Position numbers and translations under genes: made by a program. The notes beneath the pieces are model-generated. The model was not told the DNA's origin. It ran no database searches and saw only the letters and a program-made list of their open reading frames with translations. DNA of 60,465 nucleotides. Source: Candidatus Dojkabacteria bacterium (lineage in GTDB: Bacteria; Patescibacteriota; Dojkabacteria; SC72). Below are positions 47,676 to 56,535 of this stretch, piece by piece; positions within the stretch are counted from its first letter, which is position 1, and each line of letters starts with the position of its first letter. The stretch is from the NCBI GenBank assembly GCA_041678505.1, contig JBAYOB010000002.1, forward strand, positions 1 to 60,465. The letters run 5' to 3'.

Positions 47676-48437
47676 TTAGGTTTTTTGCCACCTTACTGTT
47701 TTCTTCTGTATGAAATTAACAAAAGAATAAAAAATAGTACCAAAGATAGTAACAAATATGATAGCTGCCCATACTAACTTAAGATTGTAAAGGCCTCTCT
47801 TAGAAAGAATAAATACTCCTATACCAGCATATCCGCCAAAAAACTCAGATGTAACTGCAGTAAAAACAGCTAAAATAGTATTTACTTTAATAGTATTTAA
47901 AATAGTAGGAAGAGATTTAGGTAAAAGGACTTTATTTAATATCTGTCTTTGGGTTGCTGAGTAGGAAAGTAGTAAATCATGATGTTCCTGCTGTATTGTA
48001 GTAAGCTCGTGTAAAGATGAAATAAATGTAGGAAAAAAGATAACTAATGATACAATAACTACCTTCTGTATTTGATTATTACCTATTATTCCTCCTAATA
48101 TAGCTGTGAGAGCTATTAAAGGAATAGAGTTAATTAAAATAGAGGTGTTGATTAATGAGTTAGAAATCTTCTTTTTTCTGTACACAAGTAAAGCCAATAT
48201 TAATCCTAAAAGATTCCCTACTGCCCATCCAGGAATAATTTCCCCTATTGTATAGGTCATTTCCTTTGTTAATATGTCTAAATTGTTGGAAATAGTACTT
48301 ACAATATCAGAAGGTTTTACTAGTATAGTTTCAGATACATGAAAGATATGTAAAGGCAATTCCCAAAGTACAAAGAAGAGTATGATACTAAGTGCAGAGA
48401 TGATAGTATGTTTTTGTTGTTTAATTGCTTGCTTCAT
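47676..48437 (-). CDS. ABC transporter permease
   Basis: Six TM segments with an EAA-like loop (YSATQRQILNKVLLPKSLPTI). Confidence 0.7.
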   Translation of the reverse strand: MKQAIKQQKHTIISALSIILFFVLWELPLHIFHVSETILVKPSDIVSTISNNLDILTKEMTYTIGEIIPGWAVGNLLGLILALLVYRKKKISNSLINTSILINSIPLIALTAILGGIIGNNQIQKVVIVSLVIFFPTFISSLHELTTIQQEHHDLLLSYSATQRQILNKVLLPKSLPTILNTIKVNTILAVFTAVTSEFFGGYAGIGVFILSKRGLYNLKLVWAAIIFVTIFGTIFYSFVNFIQKKTVRWQKT

Positions 48438-49203
48438 TTAAATACTCTCGTATCTCCTTTATATAGTTAAAATATTTGCTACTCCCTTCATACTTTTTTC
48501 TAGGATAAGGTAGATCAATCCTGACTGTTTTGTGTATAGTAGAAGGCTTCTTTGTTAAAATTATTACTTCCTCAGATAGGAATACGGCCTCTTGAATACT
48601 GTGAGTTACAAAAAGAATTGTCTTTTTTAATCTAGTCCATATTTTGATGATTTCTTCATTCATCTTTCTTCTATTAATTTCATCTAAAGAGCCAAAAGGT
48701 TCGTCCATAAGGAGTAGTTCAGGGTTGTATGCAAGTGCTCTTCCAATAGATACTTTCTGTTGCATCCCTCCTGATAGTTCACTAGGTCTGTAGCTGGAGT
48801 AAGATGTTAGATCCAATATATCAAGTAGCTGTTTTATCTTTTTATCCCTTTCTCCTTGGTATCCCATTATTTCAAGAGGAAGAGATATATTCTCAACAAC
48901 ATTTCTCCATTCTAATAAAGTTGGTTTTTGAAATATCAATCCGATATTTCTATTTTTAGATGCAGTTTCAGGTTTTTCTCCATTAACTCTAATCTTTCCA
49001 GTTATCTTACAGGTATCTCTTGTAGGTAACCCACTAATTAATCTAAAAAGAGTTGATTTGCCACATCCTGAAGGTCCGATAATCGAAACAAAACTTCCTT
49101 TTTTAACAGTAAAATTCATATCTCTTAGTACATGTAAATATTTGTCATTACTATCAAACTGTACATTAAGATTTTTAATTGTTATCACATTGGAATTGTC
49201 CAT
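48421..49203 (-). CDS. ABC transporter ATP-binding protein
   Basis: Walker A GPSGCGKST, signature LSGGMQQKV and Walker B LLLMDEPFGSLD. Confidence 0.85.
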   Translation of the reverse strand: MDNSNVITIKNLNVQFDSNDKYLHVLRDMNFTVKKGSFVSIIGPSGCGKSTLFRLISGLPTRDTCKITGKIRVNGEKPETASKNRNIGLIFQKPTLLEWRNVVENISLPLEIMGYQGERDKKIKQLLDILDLTSYSSYRPSELSGGMQQKVSIGRALAYNPELLLMDEPFGSLDEINRRKMNEEIIKIWTRLKKTILFVTHSIQEAVFLSEEVIILTKKPSTIHKTVRIDLPYPRKKYEGSSKYFNYIKEIREYLNEASN

Positions 49204-50044
49204 ATCTGTATTTTTTGTTAATATAATTTCCGAATTTAGAGATAGCTATGAAGAAAAGTAAAGAAAGAATAGAGATGATAGCAATACTTACCCATACTCT
49301 TGCTATTAACAAGTTGTTAAAAGAATTATATATATCCTTTCCAATACCGTTTTTAACTGATAATGGAAGCTCAGTTACAATACTTGCTACAATACTTGCT
49401 GTAGTAAGGAGTTTCATATTGATTAATAGTGTAGGAACCAGAGATGGAAGAAGAAGATATTTGAAGATATATTTCTTTTCTTTTGTATATGAGTAAAGGA
49501 GTAAGAGATAATGCTCAGGTAGATTAATTATTGCCTTTCTAACAGCTACAGTAATGGGGAATATGTTAAAAAGAATAATGATAAATATCTTTGTTGTGGT
49601 ACTATAACCTAAATATACAGCTACTATGGGAGCTAGTGCAGGTACAGGGATTAGTTGTGTTAAGAAAAGGAAAGGGAATAGTATTGAATTAAGTAAGTTA
49701 TTTTGAGATACAAGTATTCCTAAGATTGAACCTAATATTAGAGATAAAAGGAAGCCAATCCCAGCATCTTTTAAGCTATATAGAGATTTCACTAGTACTG
49801 TTTGGTATCTATTAGAATGCTGTGTAAAAAATTCTTTGTGTATGAATTGATACAGAGTTGATGGCTTAGGAGCGATTCTAAGGGGAATATCAAAGTATAC
49901 AAAAGTTTTCTCCCATATGAGTAAGATTATAAAGAGACTTAATATTGTAATTACTATTTTCTTTATTGGGATATTTAAAAAAAAAGACCTTTTAGGTCCT
50001 TTTGAATCATTCTTTTCTTTTTTATCTTGTCTTAGAATTTGCAC
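49175..50044 (-). CDS. ABC transporter permease (second)
   Basis: Polytopic protein with the EAA-like loop YSYTKEKKYIFKYLLLPSLVPTL; overlaps the ATPase gene. Confidence 0.65.
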   Translation of the reverse strand: MQILRQDKKEKNDSKGPKRSFFLNIPIKKIVITILSLFIILLIWEKTFVYFDIPLRIAPKPSTLYQFIHKEFFTQHSNRYQTVLVKSLYSLKDAGIGFLLSLILGSILGILVSQNNLLNSILFPFLFLTQLIPVPALAPIVAVYLGYSTTTKIFIIILFNIFPITVAVRKAIINLPEHYLLLLYSYTKEKKYIFKYLLLPSLVPTLLINMKLLTTASIVASIVTELPLSVKNGIGKDIYNSFNNLLIARVWVSIAIISILSLLFFIAISKFGNYINKKYRYGQFQCDNN

Positions 50045-50089
50045 TCTAAGAATTCAGTATATCTTTGATAAAATAGTGTGTCAAGTTTT

Positions 50090-51211
50090 TTAATTATTTC
50101 TTGTATAAACTCTTGGAACTCTTTCACTAACTCCTGTTAAAATATTACCTATTGGAATCTTACTTAACTTAGATAAATTATGTAGAGATATATTATCTCC
50201 CCAAAGCTCTACCCTGTCTCCTACATATGCCTCCCCGTTTCTTTTTAAGTTAATCATTATTTGATCCATACATACATTACCAATAACAGAGTATGTTTTT
50301 CCATTAATATATACATGTCCCTTATTTGACAATGGAAATGGATATCCGTCAGCATAGCCTACAGGTAAGGTTACAATTCTGTTAAGGTCTTTGGTTGTAT
50401 AAGTTCTGTTATATCCTACCTGAGAATTTTCCTCTAACACTTTGAAATATGAGACTTCAGTATAAAACTTCATAACCGGTTTTAACAGTTTCTGTGTTTT
50501 AGAATTAAGACCATATCCATAGAGTGATAACCCGGGCCTAACCATGTCATAAAATGAGTCTTTATAATTATTAAAAATAGCCCCAGTATTTGCCAGATGG
50601 ATAATTGAGGGTAAGGTATAGTTTTTCTTTATATATCTTAAGACGGAATTAAATCTTTTAATTTGCGATTTTGTATACTCTTTATCACTAAAAGAGTTCG
50701 AAAAATGAGAAAATATCCCAACAATATTGATGTTTTTTAAATTGTAGGTTTTATCTATAAATTCCTTCTTTCTATCCCATTGCACTCCTATCCTACCCAT
50801 TCCCGTATCTATTTTGAGATGGACTCTTGCCGTTTTATTTAATTTAGTAGCTATCTTTGAAATATTTTCTATCTTATCAATAGAGGATCCTGTTATATCT
50901 ATATCATATTTTAAATATAAAGGTATTTGATTATCGTTAACAGCTCCTAAAACTAATATTGGTTTCTTAATGTTATGTTTACGTAAATAGATAGCCTCTT
51001 CAATGTATGCAGTACCTAAATAATCAACATTTAATTTTTCTAGCTCTTTAGATATTTCTACTAATCCATGTCCGTACGCATTAGCCTTTACAACTCCTAA
51101 TATTTTGGAGGGCTTTACAATGTTTTTAATTATATGATAGTTTTCTCTTAGATTACTTAGAGATATTTCGACATAAGTTGGTCTGTTCCTAAATGTTTTG
51201 TCATTGAACAT
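50090..51211 (-). CDS. alr: Alanine racemase
   Basis: VVKANAYGHG (PLP Lys), HLKIDTGMGRIG and VGYADGY. The start is taken at the ATG at 51211 (MFNDKTF), which has a GGAG SD; the track start at 51256 is a TTG upstream. Confidence 0.8.
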   Translation of the reverse strand: MFNDKTFRNRPTYVEISLSNLRENYHIIKNIVKPSKILGVVKANAYGHGLVEISKELEKLNVDYLGTAYIEEAIYLRKHNIKKPILVLGAVNDNQIPLYLKYDIDITGSSIDKIENISKIATKLNKTARVHLKIDTGMGRIGVQWDRKKEFIDKTYNLKNINIVGIFSHFSNSFSDKEYTKSQIKRFNSVLRYIKKNYTLPSIIHLANTGAIFNNYKDSFYDMVRPGLSLYGYGLNSKTQKLLKPVMKFYTEVSYFKVLEENSQVGYNRTYTTKDLNRIVTLPVGYADGYPFPLSNKGHVYINGKTYSVIGNVCMDQIMINLKRNGEAYVGDRVELWGDNISLHNLSKLSKIPIGNILTGVSERVPRVYTRNN

Positions 51212-51363
51212 ATTATGACTCCTCTCTAAAAATTCACACCCTACTCCTTTTAGCAATTAAGGTATCGTTATTTTAATAAGGTTCAATCCTGTTGTCAAAA
51301 TACTTCATTCTGTTTGATGATATAATTTTGATTGAAATAGGTAATTAAATGTAATAGCTAATT

Positions 51364-52002
51364 ATGAAGAGAAATATATATTGGAATATCTTTTTACTTG
51401 TTTTACTTTTTCATTTTGTAGTCCTTCTTCTTTGTGTTCTATCAGTTTTTGGTCTATTAGAATTAAGTTCATTAGGAACCTCTAATTACGTTTTAGCATA
51501 TGTACCTAGAATCTTTTTAATCTGTACTTTCTTACTTTCCTGTTTTTTTCTCTTTAAAAAGAGAAAATACCATAAGGATATGTATAGGACAGTAGCTCTC
51601 TCTCTTCTCTCCTTTGTTCCTTTTTTAGATACATTAGGTAATTTCTATGGTTGGTATGATATAAATAGTATTTTAAAAATCTTCTGGTATGATGATATTA
51701 TCCATTTTCTTAATCCTATCTTTGTTTCTTTAGGTTTGTATATATATATTTCTAAAATTAAAAAGATAGAGAGAAAAATGTCTCTCTTTCTCTCTGTAAT
51801 CCTATCTTTAACTCTATCTAGTCTATGGGAAATATATGAATACTGGAGTGATACTTTGATTGGTACCGATATGGTTAAGGGAGGGTTAGATGATACTATG
51901 CAAGACTTAACTTTTGGTTTGTTAGGGGTTGCTGTTTTTGCTTTGTTTGTGATTATCTGTCAAAAAAAGAAAAAAGGGGAATATCACCCACAAAGGTTTT
52001 AA
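51364..52002 (+). CDS. Hypothetical integral membrane protein
   Basis: Five or six hydrophobic segments; no motif recognised. Confidence 0.4.
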   Translation: MKRNIYWNIFLLVLLFHFVVLLLCVLSVFGLLELSSLGTSNYVLAYVPRIFLICTFLLSCFFLFKKRKYHKDMYRTVALSLLSFVPFLDTLGNFYGWYDINSILKIFWYDDIIHFLNPIFVSLGLYIYISKIKKIERKMSLFLSVILSLTLSSLWEIYEYWSDTLIGTDMVKGGLDDTMQDLTFGLLGVAVFALFVIICQKKKKGEYHPQRF

Positions 52003-52012
52003 TCATCGACAT

Positions 52013-52720
52013 ATGAACAAAACTATCAACAATTTAAGAAAAGAATTAAAAGAGAATGTTAATGACCATACTAAAAATACGACTCAAAGATTTTTTAAGG
52101 AAGAGATAAAAATCTATGGAGTTAAGATTCCAGTAGTAAATAGTATTGCAAAGAGATATTTTAGAGAGATTAAAGAGTTAGATAAAGGAGAGATATTCTT
52201 ACTGTGTGAAGAGCTGTTCTCATCAGGGTATATGGAAGAATCATTTGTAGCATGTGATTGGTCTTACAATTTAAGAGAGAGTTATGAAGAGAAAGATTTT
52301 TTAATATTTGAAGATTGGACTAAGCAATATATTAATAATTGGGCAGTATGTGATAGGTTCTGCAATCATACAATGGGTTCTTTTCTTAAGAAATATCCTA
52401 AATATGTAAAGAATTTAAAAGAATGGACAGGATCTAAAAATAGATGGGTTAGAAGAGCTTCTTCTGTTTCATTAATTATCCCAGCTAAGAAAGGAGAGTT
52501 TTTAAAAGATGTTTTTGAAATTGCAGATTTGCTTTTAAATGATGAAGATGATCTTGTACAAAAAGGTTACGGTTGGTTATTGAAAGTTGCAAGTGAAATT
52601 AATCAGAAGCAGGTATATGATTTTGTAGTAGCAAGAAAAGATACTATGCCAAGAACTGCATACAGGTATGCTATTGAGAAGATGCCTGTTAGTTTAAAGA
52701 AAGAAGCGATGAAGAAATAG
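52013..52720 (+). CDS. DNA alkylation repair protein (HEAT-repeat AlkC/AlkD-like family)
   Basis: RFFKEEIKIYGVKIPVV..., NNWAVCD, NRWVRRASSVSLI and QKGYGWLLK, typical of this family. Confidence 0.6.
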   Translation: MNKTINNLRKELKENVNDHTKNTTQRFFKEEIKIYGVKIPVVNSIAKRYFREIKELDKGEIFLLCEELFSSGYMEESFVACDWSYNLRESYEEKDFLIFEDWTKQYINNWAVCDRFCNHTMGSFLKKYPKYVKNLKEWTGSKNRWVRRASSVSLIIPAKKGEFLKDVFEIADLLLNDEDDLVQKGYGWLLKVASEINQKQVYDFVVARKDTMPRTAYRYAIEKMPVSLKKEAMKK

Positions 52721-52781
52721 TTTCTTAGCAAGAAAGGTTTGTCTTTTAAAATATTTAAATTAAATAATAGTGTTTTAAATT

Positions 52782-53120
52782 ATGAATATTAAAGATATAC
52801 AGAAATGGGAAAGAGATTTCTCTCGCAAGAAGGGTATTGCACAGGATGAGGAGAAAGCAATAAAGATAGGAATATTAAAATTAACAGAGGAGGTAGGTGA
52901 ATTATCAAAGGCTATTTTAGAGAAGAATTGGGAAGAGGTACCTGCAGAGGTTACTGATGTTATTGTGTTTGCTTGTAAGCTTGCTAATATAGCAGAGGAT
53001 TTTCATAATACAGAGAAGTTGGAAGAGGTTATGGAGGCTAAGTTAGAGTTTTGTGAGAAAAGGGTATATGACAAAGAGAAGAATAAATTTGATAAGCCAG
53101 CAGATAAGAAGTTTAAGTAG
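52782..53120 (+). CDS. MazG-like nucleotide pyrophosphohydrolase
   Basis: LKLTEEVGELSKAI ... EVTDVIVFACKLAN, the EExxE...D helical MazG signature. Confidence 0.5.
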   Translation: MNIKDIQKWERDFSRKKGIAQDEEKAIKIGILKLTEEVGELSKAILEKNWEEVPAEVTDVIVFACKLANIAEDFHNTEKLEEVMEAKLEFCEKRVYDKEKNKFDKPADKKFK

Positions 53121-53436
53121 AGAGATAATAATATTTCTTATACTAACCACTTATCTATTTTGGATCCAGATATTTTGCCACTTAAAAACCCATGTAGAGA
53201 GTTGTACTTGTTTTTCAGAATTAAGAGAGAAGACATTTTGAAAAGAAGAAAAAGCAAAAGAAGAACTAGGAAATGATAGCAAAAAAGAATCCTATGGAAC
53301 AGAGGTAGTTGTGGCCACATACAAATCCTGCTTTTGAGACCTTAAATAGTCAATGTTTACCATATTATTTAATAGGTATTTGAGACTTACCAAGCAAAAT
53401 TGTTTTCCTTTCTTTTGTATTCTAGAATGCACTACG

Positions 53437-53742
53437 ATGAAAAGAGATAATAAAAGCTGCATTGTTGTGATACTAGTAATAGTTGGTCTATACTTGCTTT
53501 TTAGAAATGTAATTACTTCTTCGAGAGCAACTGAAGGTATAGATGATTATAATGACTGCGTTGAAGAAGTACGACTTATATATAAAGAAATAATTCTAGA
53601 AGCTTGTGAGATGAATTCCTCAGTACATGAACCAGAAGTCATTAAGGATTGTGTGAATAGGTTAAATGCTGCTAAGGAACGTTATCTGATAAATATAATT
53701 ACAGAAGAGATATCTCAATGTGAATATTATTTGGGCAACTAA
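53437..53742 (+). CDS. Hypothetical small membrane-anchored protein
   Basis: MKRDNKSCIVVILVIVGLYLLF, then a soluble Cys-containing region. The track start at 53353 adds an unlikely leader. Confidence 0.35.
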   Translation: MKRDNKSCIVVILVIVGLYLLFRNVITSSRATEGIDDYNDCVEEVRLIYKEIILEACEMNSSVHEPEVIKDCVNRLNAAKERYLINIITEEISQCEYYLGN

Positions 53743-53924
53743 ATCTTAAAGAACTTCTCGGTAAAGAAACTCTAAAGCCATTTTTGTTATTAATTAAGTC
53801 TATCTTAATGCTATAACAGATAAGGAATAAGTTGTGGGAGTAAACGATTTTAGCCTCTTTAAACTTTTAATAAATGTTAAAAAGGGTTAGAAAAACTACC
53901 TTAGAAAGTATTTTTTCAAAATTT

Positions 53925-53933
53925 TGATATAAT
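53925..53933 (+). promoter_or_regulatory. Extended -10 box (TGaTATAAT) ending 7 nt before the ATG at 53940, implying a leaderless mRNA
   Basis: ttTGATATAATacattaATG; there is no SD between the box and the start codon. Confidence 0.3.
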
Positions 53934-53939
53934 ACATTA

Positions 53940-55367
53940 ATGATTAGAAGGTTGAATGACTATCTAAACATAAGTAACAAGGAGCTTGCAAGGTATGGAG
54001 CTTTTAATAGTTTTCTTGGTATTGATACAAAAGTTTTCTTAGACCCTCTACTTTTAGGAAATCTGAATACCCCTGAATTCTCTGCTTCCAGAGATCGTAT
54101 ACGTGAATATTATCGAAAGATTATTGTGTTATTAAATGCTTCAAAAGAAGAAGGTGATGTTGCTTGGATAGAAGCTTTTAAACGATTGAAAGTAAAGGAG
54201 ATTAAAGGCTTTTCTATCGGTTATGGGAATCATTCGGATGATGGCAATGGGATTGGATCTAAATTAGCGGAAGCTATTGTGAGGAGGGCAAAAGAAATAG
54301 TTGATATGGGAATTGAAGACCCTGAGATCTTTGAATTAATAGGCTTGTTTGAGGAAGGTATAGGAGCAGATAGATTAAGTGATCTCACAATAAAGATTGT
54401 TCACAAAGATCTCTTAGCATATTCGGCCAGAATAACACAAGAAATAGGCTTCTCTAATTTAATAGCAGTAAAATATAAAGAAAATAAATATTTTCTACCA
54501 AGGAATCCTTTAGGTACAAAGCCTATTTATTTTCTTCCTCAAAATGCCCTGAGAGACTTACCAATTGCTCTGGATTGGGATGAAATTGAAATTGTGACTA
54601 ATTTTAATATAGAATTGAGAAAAAAAGTAAATCAAGCAGTATCTGAAGTTTGGCAAAAATCTGTTAAAGAGAAGAAGAAAAAAATGATGCAAGTTATAAG
54701 ACAGGACCCAGAAATCCTTAAGAGTATGATTGAAGCCTACAAACATTCTAAAGGAAAAGGATATGATTTTGAAAATGATCCTAATGTTGAAATTAAATGG
54801 TTATCTATTGGTCAGAAAATTGCCAAAGAAAATCCTATTAAAATTTCTGCTTCTAAAAAATATACAAAGAAGAGTGTTTGTAAGATTTTGGATCAAATAA
54901 TAAAACAATATAAGAAATTGATAGAGTTTAATGGTCTAAATAACGAGTTATATAGAAAAGAAGGGTCAAAATTGATTCCTCATCATGAAAGAGTTGCTCA
55001 GCGTATATTTTTCGCTATCGCTGATACTTACTGTGCGGCAAATAATATAGGAATCAACAGAGAACCTAATGCTGGCTCTGGTTCTGTTGATTTTAAGTTT
55101 GGAATTGGTTATGAGGATAAAATTTTAGTTGAGATCAAACTTTCTAAGAACCCTGGGTTAAAGAATAAGTATCGTTCTCAAGTCGATATCTATATGAAAG
55201 CTGAAGGAACTGAAGAAAGTATATATCTTGTAATTAAAGTTACTGAGAAAAGTAAGCAATTGGAAGAATTAATTGAAATTGATGAGGAGGCTAAAAATTT
55301 GGGTCAAAAAGTGCCAAAACTCTATGTCATTGATGGAACAATAAAACCGTCGGCTAGTAAGAGATAA
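53940..55367 (+). CDS. Hypothetical protein: unknown ~340-aa N-terminal region fused to a C-terminal PD-(D/E)xK nuclease-like domain
   Basis: C-terminal signature HHERVAQRIFFAI (helix Glu) ... GSGSVDFKF (Asp) ... 14 aa ... ILVEIKLSKN (ExK) ... YRSQVDIYM. Confidence 0.5.
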   Translation: MIRRLNDYLNISNKELARYGAFNSFLGIDTKVFLDPLLLGNLNTPEFSASRDRIREYYRKIIVLLNASKEEGDVAWIEAFKRLKVKEIKGFSIGYGNHSDDGNGIGSKLAEAIVRRAKEIVDMGIEDPEIFELIGLFEEGIGADRLSDLTIKIVHKDLLAYSARITQEIGFSNLIAVKYKENKYFLPRNPLGTKPIYFLPQNALRDLPIALDWDEIEIVTNFNIELRKKVNQAVSEVWQKSVKEKKKKMMQVIRQDPEILKSMIEAYKHSKGKGYDFENDPNVEIKWLSIGQKIAKENPIKISASKKYTKKSVCKILDQIIKQYKKLIEFNGLNNELYRKEGSKLIPHHERVAQRIFFAIADTYCAANNIGINREPNAGSGSVDFKFGIGYEDKILVEIKLSKNPGLKNKYRSQVDIYMKAEGTEESIYLVIKVTEKSKQLEELIEIDEEAKNLGQKVPKLYVIDGTIKPSASKR

Positions 55368-55428
55368 AATCTTTTAATGTAGTATTTCTTGTTTTGTAGT
55401 TTTTTGGGTATAATTTCTTAAAGAAGGC

Positions 55429-56118
55429 ATGTATACATTATTTGTTTATATAGATGAAAGTGGAGATCTGATCTTTTCAAACAAAGGATCTAATTATTAT
55501 ATAATTACTTCGGTTATTACACATAATCCTCTTCCTGCAATTGAAAAGTTAGAAGAGCTAAGATTGGAAATTCTAAGTCAAAATAAGTTTCCAACTCTTT
55601 CAGATGACTATTTGCAAAAAAATACTGCTAATGGTTTTCATGCTACTTATGACAAGCAAGTTGTTCGAAATGAAGTTTTTGATATTATCCAATCTTTAGG
55701 TCATACAATTGCTGTCAATGCTGTAGTTATAGAAAAAAGAAAAGCTAATCCTTCAATTCGTGATACGAATAAGTTTTATTCTAAAATGTCTGCTTCTTTA
55801 TTGAAATATATTCAACAGAAGTATCGGTATAGTAACCTGTGTATAATGTTCAGCGGTACTCCAACAGAGAAAAAAAAGAATTTATTCAAATCAGCCATAA
55901 AAACAGAGATTAAAGCTCTTTCAATTACTAAGTCCTATAAGATTTATTTCCCTAATCCAAAATCTGATAGATTTTTAAATATTTCTGATTATGCATGCTG
56001 GGCAATTGCTAGAAAGTGGGAGAAAAATGATATAAGAAGTTATGATCTAATAAAAAGCCAGATAAATGTACCTGAGTTAGATATATTTCGCAGAGGGGAT
56101 GGTACTTTGTATTATTGA
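55429..56118 (+). CDS. DUF3800-family protein
   Basis: N-terminal LFVYIDESGDL motif and C-terminal NISDYACWAIARKW motif, characteristic of DUF3800 as I recall it. Confidence 0.55.
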   Translation: MYTLFVYIDESGDLIFSNKGSNYYIITSVITHNPLPAIEKLEELRLEILSQNKFPTLSDDYLQKNTANGFHATYDKQVVRNEVFDIIQSLGHTIAVNAVVIEKRKANPSIRDTNKFYSKMSASLLKYIQQKYRYSNLCIMFSGTPTEKKKNLFKSAIKTEIKALSITKSYKIYFPNPKSDRFLNISDYACWAIARKWEKNDIRSYDLIKSQINVPELDIFRRGDGTLYY

Positions 56119-56197
56119 CCTCTTCTCCTAGATAATTCAGCTTTCGCCGAGTTTCCTCCAACTATCAAAGCCAAAGGGGCTCTTTCAGAGAAGAGGT
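56118..56197. repeat. GC-enriched element closed by a perfect 10-bp inverted repeat
   Basis: ACCTCTTCTC (56118-27) pairs with GAGAAGAGGT (56188-97), enclosing 60 nt that contain an inner GCTTT/AAAGC pairing. It starts at the DUF3800 stop codon. Confidence 0.5.
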
Positions 56198-56378
56198 ACC
56201 TTTGAATAATAATAACAGTGTATGTATCTTTTGTAAATATTCCTCACAAGTAATTCAGAAAAATGCTGCTATGTCCCTCTTTTTTGATTCCTTGGTTTTT
56301 ATCAAGTCAAAATTAATTTAGACATTTTCTATGAGTTGTTTAATTGGTATTCTAGCATTTGAAAAATAATCAAACTTT

Positions 56379-56445
56379 ATGTTCTACTGAGAGTCTTCAG
56401 TAGAACATGGGGTCAGATAAGGGACATAGTAGAACACTTATCTGA
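56379..56445. repeat. Twin perfect hairpins sharing a thrice-repeated 9-mer (candidate origin/operator or structured RNA)
   Basis: Hairpin A is ATGTTCTACTGA-GAGTCT-TCAGTAGAACAT (12 bp, 56379-408). Hairpin B is TCAGATAAG-15 nt-CTTATCTGA (9 bp, 56413-45). AGTAGAACA occurs at 56399-407 and 56428-436, and inverted at 56380-88. Confidence 0.6.
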
Positions 56446-56535
56446 AGGTATAACAATTAATAGATTCCTTTTAGAAACAATTGAGAGTGTGTTGTATTCA
56501 AAAGTAACTATTCCCAATGTATAATCTTCTAATTT

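Noticed and set aside
53053-53320. ORFs 53053..53241 (+) and 53138..53320 (-) in the gap after the MazG-like gene
   Set aside because: They are mutually overlapping and driven by a purine-rich low-complexity tract. Neither has a homology signature or convincing translation signals.
56118-56197. tRNA or tmRNA fragment marking an att site
   Set aside because: It has no GTTCGA-type T-arm and no acceptor-like terminus, and I could find no matching copy near the left edge of the island.
56379-56445. CRISPR array or tandem repeat
   Set aside because: There are only three copies of a 9-mer, two of them forming a hairpin. There is no regular repeat-spacer periodicity and no cas genes in the window.
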